A stretch of 40,000 nucleotides of DNA from an uncultured Nitrososphaerota archaeon. Its GTDB lineage: Archaea > Thermoproteota > Nitrososphaeria > Nitrososphaerales > Nitrosopumilaceae. The notes under the pieces were generated by a model. It searched no databases. It was not told the DNA's origin and was given only the letters and a program-made list of their open reading frames with translations. Position numbers and translations under genes: made by a program. Positions 36,922 through 40,000 of the stretch are shown piece after piece. Position 1 is the stretch's first letter, and every line of letters starts with the position of its first letter. The DNA lies in NCBI GenBank assembly GCA_963835875.1, contig CAWIGX010000003.1, forward strand, positions 498,100 through 538,099, written 5' to 3'.

Positions 36922-37891
36922 GAGAGGATAATAATAAAATTACAGGGATTGTAAAAATTAAAACAAATAGTATTGAAGTTATTTTCATAATAGAAATTGC
37001 AGACTTGAAATGTTGTTCACTTATCTCTGAATTACCATCCCCTAATACATAATGCTCAATTTTTTCAAATCTAATTCCAAGTGCACCAGTGAGAGTTGCC
37101 ATCGGATAACCAGCATTTGGACTTTCAGTTTTTGGACCATCTCTTCTCATGATAAGAATTGATTGCTTCCAATCTTTTTTTAACATAACACAAGAAAGTA
37201 CCATTACAAGACTTGTGAATCTAGAGGGAAGAAAGTTAAGTATTTTATCACAGTTGGCTGAAAACCAACCTACATTTCTAAATATTTCTGTCTTGTATCC
37301 TATCATAGAGTCGGCAGTATTTACAGTCCTGTAAACAAATGCACCCACCAAGCCAAAAATTGAGTAGTAAAAAAGAGGACCTGTTATGCCGTCAACAATG
37401 TTTTCGCTGATGCTTTCTAGAGTTGCAGAGATAATATGTTGTTTATCTAAATTCTTTGTATTTCGCTTTACTATCATAGAAAGTTTTGTTCTGGCATCAT
37501 CTAGATCATTTTTTGATAATGCGTTCATAATTTTTGATGCATGATTTTCCATGCCCTTTATTGCAATAGTAGTCTTTAGAAGAATCCCAACTGAGATTAC
37601 GCTTAAACTTAGGAACAGAATTTTGTAAATTCCATTTAAATCAAAATTTTCTACATATTTCAAGGTAGAAGAAAATGATAGTATCAAGATAGAAACTATC
37701 GTTATTACTAAAATAAGAAGAGCCATTCCATTAATTTTTTCAATTAATGGGTGGATAGATCTTGTATATGGTACAAGTTTTCCAATCAGTTTTCCCATCC
37801 AAACAGTTGGATGATATCTATTTTTTGGATCACCAAGGGAAAAATCTAAAACAAGAGCAAGTATGACTGCAGTAATAGGTATCAAAATCAA
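36899..37891 (-). CDS. cbiB: adenosylcobinamide-phosphate synthase
   Basis: YHPTVWMGKLIGK motif in a polytopic membrane protein of ~330 aa. Confidence 0.85.
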   Translation of the reverse strand: MILIPITAVILALVLDFSLGDPKNRYHPTVWMGKLIGKLVPYTRSIHPLIEKINGMALLILVITIVSILILSFSSTLKYVENFDLNGIYKILFLSLSVISVGILLKTTIAIKGMENHASKIMNALSKNDLDDARTKLSMIVKRNTKNLDKQHIISATLESISENIVDGITGPLFYYSIFGLVGAFVYRTVNTADSMIGYKTEIFRNVGWFSANCDKILNFLPSRFTSLVMVLSCVMLKKDWKQSILIMRRDGPKTESPNAGYPMATLTGALGIRFEKIEHYVLGDGNSEISEQHFKSAISIMKITSILFVLIFTIPVILLLSSLGWWFNV

Positions 37892-38734
37892 TTTAACATA
37901 TTTCCTATTTTTTTCATATCTAAATTTTTTTTGACAACATGAGCCAGATGATCTATTTCTTTATCTAAAATTTTCAGATAATTTTTTGTCCATAAAACTT
38001 GTTTTGGCTTTGCATGTAGAGAATCCTCATCAGGTATATCAAATTCAATTAAAGGAATTGTGCCGATTACTGGTCTCAAAGTTTTCTTTTGCAATACAGA
38101 GTAACTTGGATGTAGTATGGCTACATCTCCCCTGAATTTATTTATGACAAATCCTTTGATGAATTTTTGGTACTTTTTATCAAGAAGCGATAATGTTCCA
38201 ATTATACTAGCAAAACTTCCTCCCTTATCGATGTCAGTTACCAGAATTACCGGAGATTTACAATACGCTGCCATTCTCATGTTAGCAATGTCATATCTTT
38301 GCAAGTTTATCTCAGATGGAGATCCTGCTCCCTCTAGTATTACAATATCATTTGTTTTTAACAATTGATCCAGTGCATTTTTTGATTCTTTAAGACCTGT
38401 TGAGAGTGCAAATTTTTCGTAATAATTTTTGGCATGCATTTTGCGATAGAATACACCATTGACAAAAACTTGACTTGTATAATTTCCAAGGGGTTTTAGC
38501 AAAATTGGATTCATTATAGGAATTATTTTGGTTCTTGCTGCAATTGCTTGAATAGCTTGCGCCCTTGAGATTTCAAACTCTTTTTCGACATAAGAATATG
38601 ATGACATATTTTGGGATTTGAATGGAGATGACCTTGTATCCTTTATCAGAGAGAATTCTGCAAAGGGCTGTTACTAGAGTTGTTTTTCCTGCTCCAGAGG
38701 ATGTACCCTGTATCATCAAAGTTTTTGCGGTCAT
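37888..38734 (-). pseudogene. cobQ: CobQ/CbiP-like ATPase domain protein (no glutamine amidotransferase domain), split by one surplus nucleotide
   Basis: The ATG at 38734 (ATGA overlap with the cobD stop) gives [35 protein letters not shown], which includes the P-loop. After 4 nt (38626..38629) the other frame continues [13 protein letters not shown]...NPILLKP...ILEGAGSPSEINL. The span is 847 nt = 3n+1. The protein ends at about 281 aa. Confidence 0.7.
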
Positions 38735-39816
38735 AATTCTCTTAACGCCTCAAGAAGTTTGATATTTTCTTTATGGGTTCGAACTGCAATTCGTATAAAG
38801 TTGTTATCTAGTCCACGAAATGTCCTACAATCTCTTATGAGAATATTTTTCTTCAATAATTTATCTTGGACTTGATTTGATTTTATCTTTGATTTTATTA
38901 GAATAAAGTTTGTATCTGAATTGTAGCAGGTAAAACCCTTTATCTTTGATATAGAGTTTATGAGAAATTTAGATTCCTTTCTTACAAGATTTAGTGTTTT
39001 TGGTAAATGCAATTTATCAGACAATGCTTTGACTGATGATTTTTGTGCAATCCCACTAACATTCCAAGGTATCTTAATTTTTTGTAGGATTTCAATCATT
39101 TTCTTGTTGCCAAGTCCATATCCTATTCTTAGTCCTGCTAATCCAAATGACTTGGTCAAAGATCTAAGAATAAAGAGATTATCAAATTCTTTCAAATATG
39201 AAATGATGCTCTCATTTCCAGCAGGAACTAATTCTATAAAACATTCATCAAGAAAAACCATTGTAGATTTATCATATGCATATTCCAAGATCTTTAACAT
39301 ATTTTTTCTTTTTATGAGAACTCCTGTTGGGTTATTTGGATTACATAAGAATATACAATTTTTCATTGGAATCATGCCTTGAAATTTTGACAAGTCTTTG
39401 TTCAAATTCATCGTTTTAAAATAGTAAAGTATTGCACCATTTAATTTTGCAGCAGATTCGTATTCACCAAATGTAGGAATTGGGATTAGTACTTTTTGTT
39501 TCCTTAAAAATGCATTACAATAGTTATAGATTATTTCTGTTGCCCCATTTCCAACTATAATTTGATTTTTTGGAATCGCAGTATATTTTTGAAGATAAGT
39601 TCTTAGTTCATTCGAATTAGGATCTGGATAAACAGAGACTTGTGAGAGATTTTTGAAAGCATCTCGTACTTTAGATGGAAATCCAAGAGGGTTAACATTT
39701 GAACTAAAATCAAGTAAATTCAAATCATTTCCAATACCGCTTGAAAACATTCCTCCATGAGCAACTGCTTTGTGATTTGCTATGGCCTTTTCTACTTTAA
39801 ACCGCACATTTTCCAA
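38731..39816 (-). CDS. cobD: L-threonine-O-3-phosphate decarboxylase (HisC-like aminotransferase fold)
   Basis: NPNNPTG and [14 protein letters not shown] motifs. The cobD assignment, rather than a second hisC, rests on the cobalamin operon context. Confidence 0.7.
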   Translation of the reverse strand: MENVRFKVEKAIANHKAVAHGGMFSSGIGNDLNLLDFSSNVNPLGFPSKVRDAFKNLSQVSVYPDPNSNELRTYLQKYTAIPKNQIIVGNGATEIIYNYCNAFLRKQKVLIPIPTFGEYESAAKLNGAILYYFKTMNLNKDLSKFQGMIPMKNCIFLCNPNNPTGVLIKRKNMLKILEYAYDKSTMVFLDECFIELVPAGNESIISYLKEFDNLFILRSLTKSFGLAGLRIGYGLGNKKMIEILQKIKIPWNVSGIAQKSSVKALSDKLHLPKTLNLVRKESKFLINSISKIKGFTCYNSDTNFILIKSKIKSNQVQDKLLKKNILIRDCRTFRGLDNNFIRIAVRTHKENIKLLEALREL

Positions 39817-39892
39817 ATATCCATAACGGTATTTAGTTGTGTTTTGTTTGTACTTCTAAAAGAATATTAATTGTATAATGACTATTTTCATT

Positions 39893-40000
39893 ATGAAACG
39901 CGTAGCCATCATAGGAGTTACTGGCGCAGTAGGACAGGAATTTGTTCTTGCTTTAGATAAGCATCCGTGGTTTGAGGTAAAACAGATAGCCGCATCAGAA
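39893..40000 (+). CDS. asd: aspartate-semialdehyde dehydrogenase family, N-terminal 36 codons (runs off the right edge)
   Basis: MKRVAIIGVTGAVGQEFVLALDKHPWFEVKQIAASE: a Rossmann GxxGxxG motif plus HPWFE, typical of archaeal Asd. Confidence 0.6.
   Translation, partial: MKRVAIIGVTGAVGQEFVLALDKHPWFEVKQIAASE

Noticed and set aside
325-39382. Numerous 60-140-aa ORFs antisense to long conserved genes (for example 325..573, 2432..2656, 4706..4915, 7594..7830, 12358..12579, 23651..23980, 32125..32334, 38960..39382)
   Set aside because: These are shadow ORFs inside well-supported genes on the opposite strand. They have low-complexity, Cys/Phe/Ser-rich translations and no motifs.

Overview
AT-rich archaeal chromosome segment. 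The gene content (thermosome, TiaS, Dph2, Csl4, L44e/S27e, MptE, CobY, intron-containing tRNA) and composition resemble a Nitrosopumilus-type thaumarchaeon; the taxon call is inference. Left part (1-16.7 kb): a his operon (hisG-hisD-hisC-HAD-hisB), HMG-CoA reductase, initiator tRNA, tiaS, dph2, csl4, pheA, guaB, folP, mptE and guaA. Centre (16764..29000): a ~12.2-kb mobile element with every hallmark of a casposon. It has 53-bp imperfect terminal inverted repeats and a 15-bp target-site duplication that rebuilds the guaA stop codon. It encodes a stand-alone Cas1 (no cas2, no CRISPR array) and a family-B DNA polymerase of the protein-primed type. Its cargo includes two Rx4H (HEPN-like) proteins, a Schlafen/AlbA_2 + NYN gene pair, a ~0.9-kb array of 49-bp tandem repeats, a CpG-rich non-coding island and a third internal copy of the subterminal TIR motif. 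Right part (29-40 kb): a PKD-repeat surface protein, PfkB kinase, thermosome, adenine deaminase, L44e/S27e, a cobalamin late-step cluster (cobD, cobQ-like, cbiB, cobS, cobY) and the start of asd. Separately, at least six conserved genes (guaB, mptE, guaA, pfkB, cobQ-like, probably the PKD gene) are each broken by exactly one surplus nucleotide. This most likely reflects sequence or assembly quality but needs checking. All calls rest on reading the translations and repeats by eye; no database search was run.
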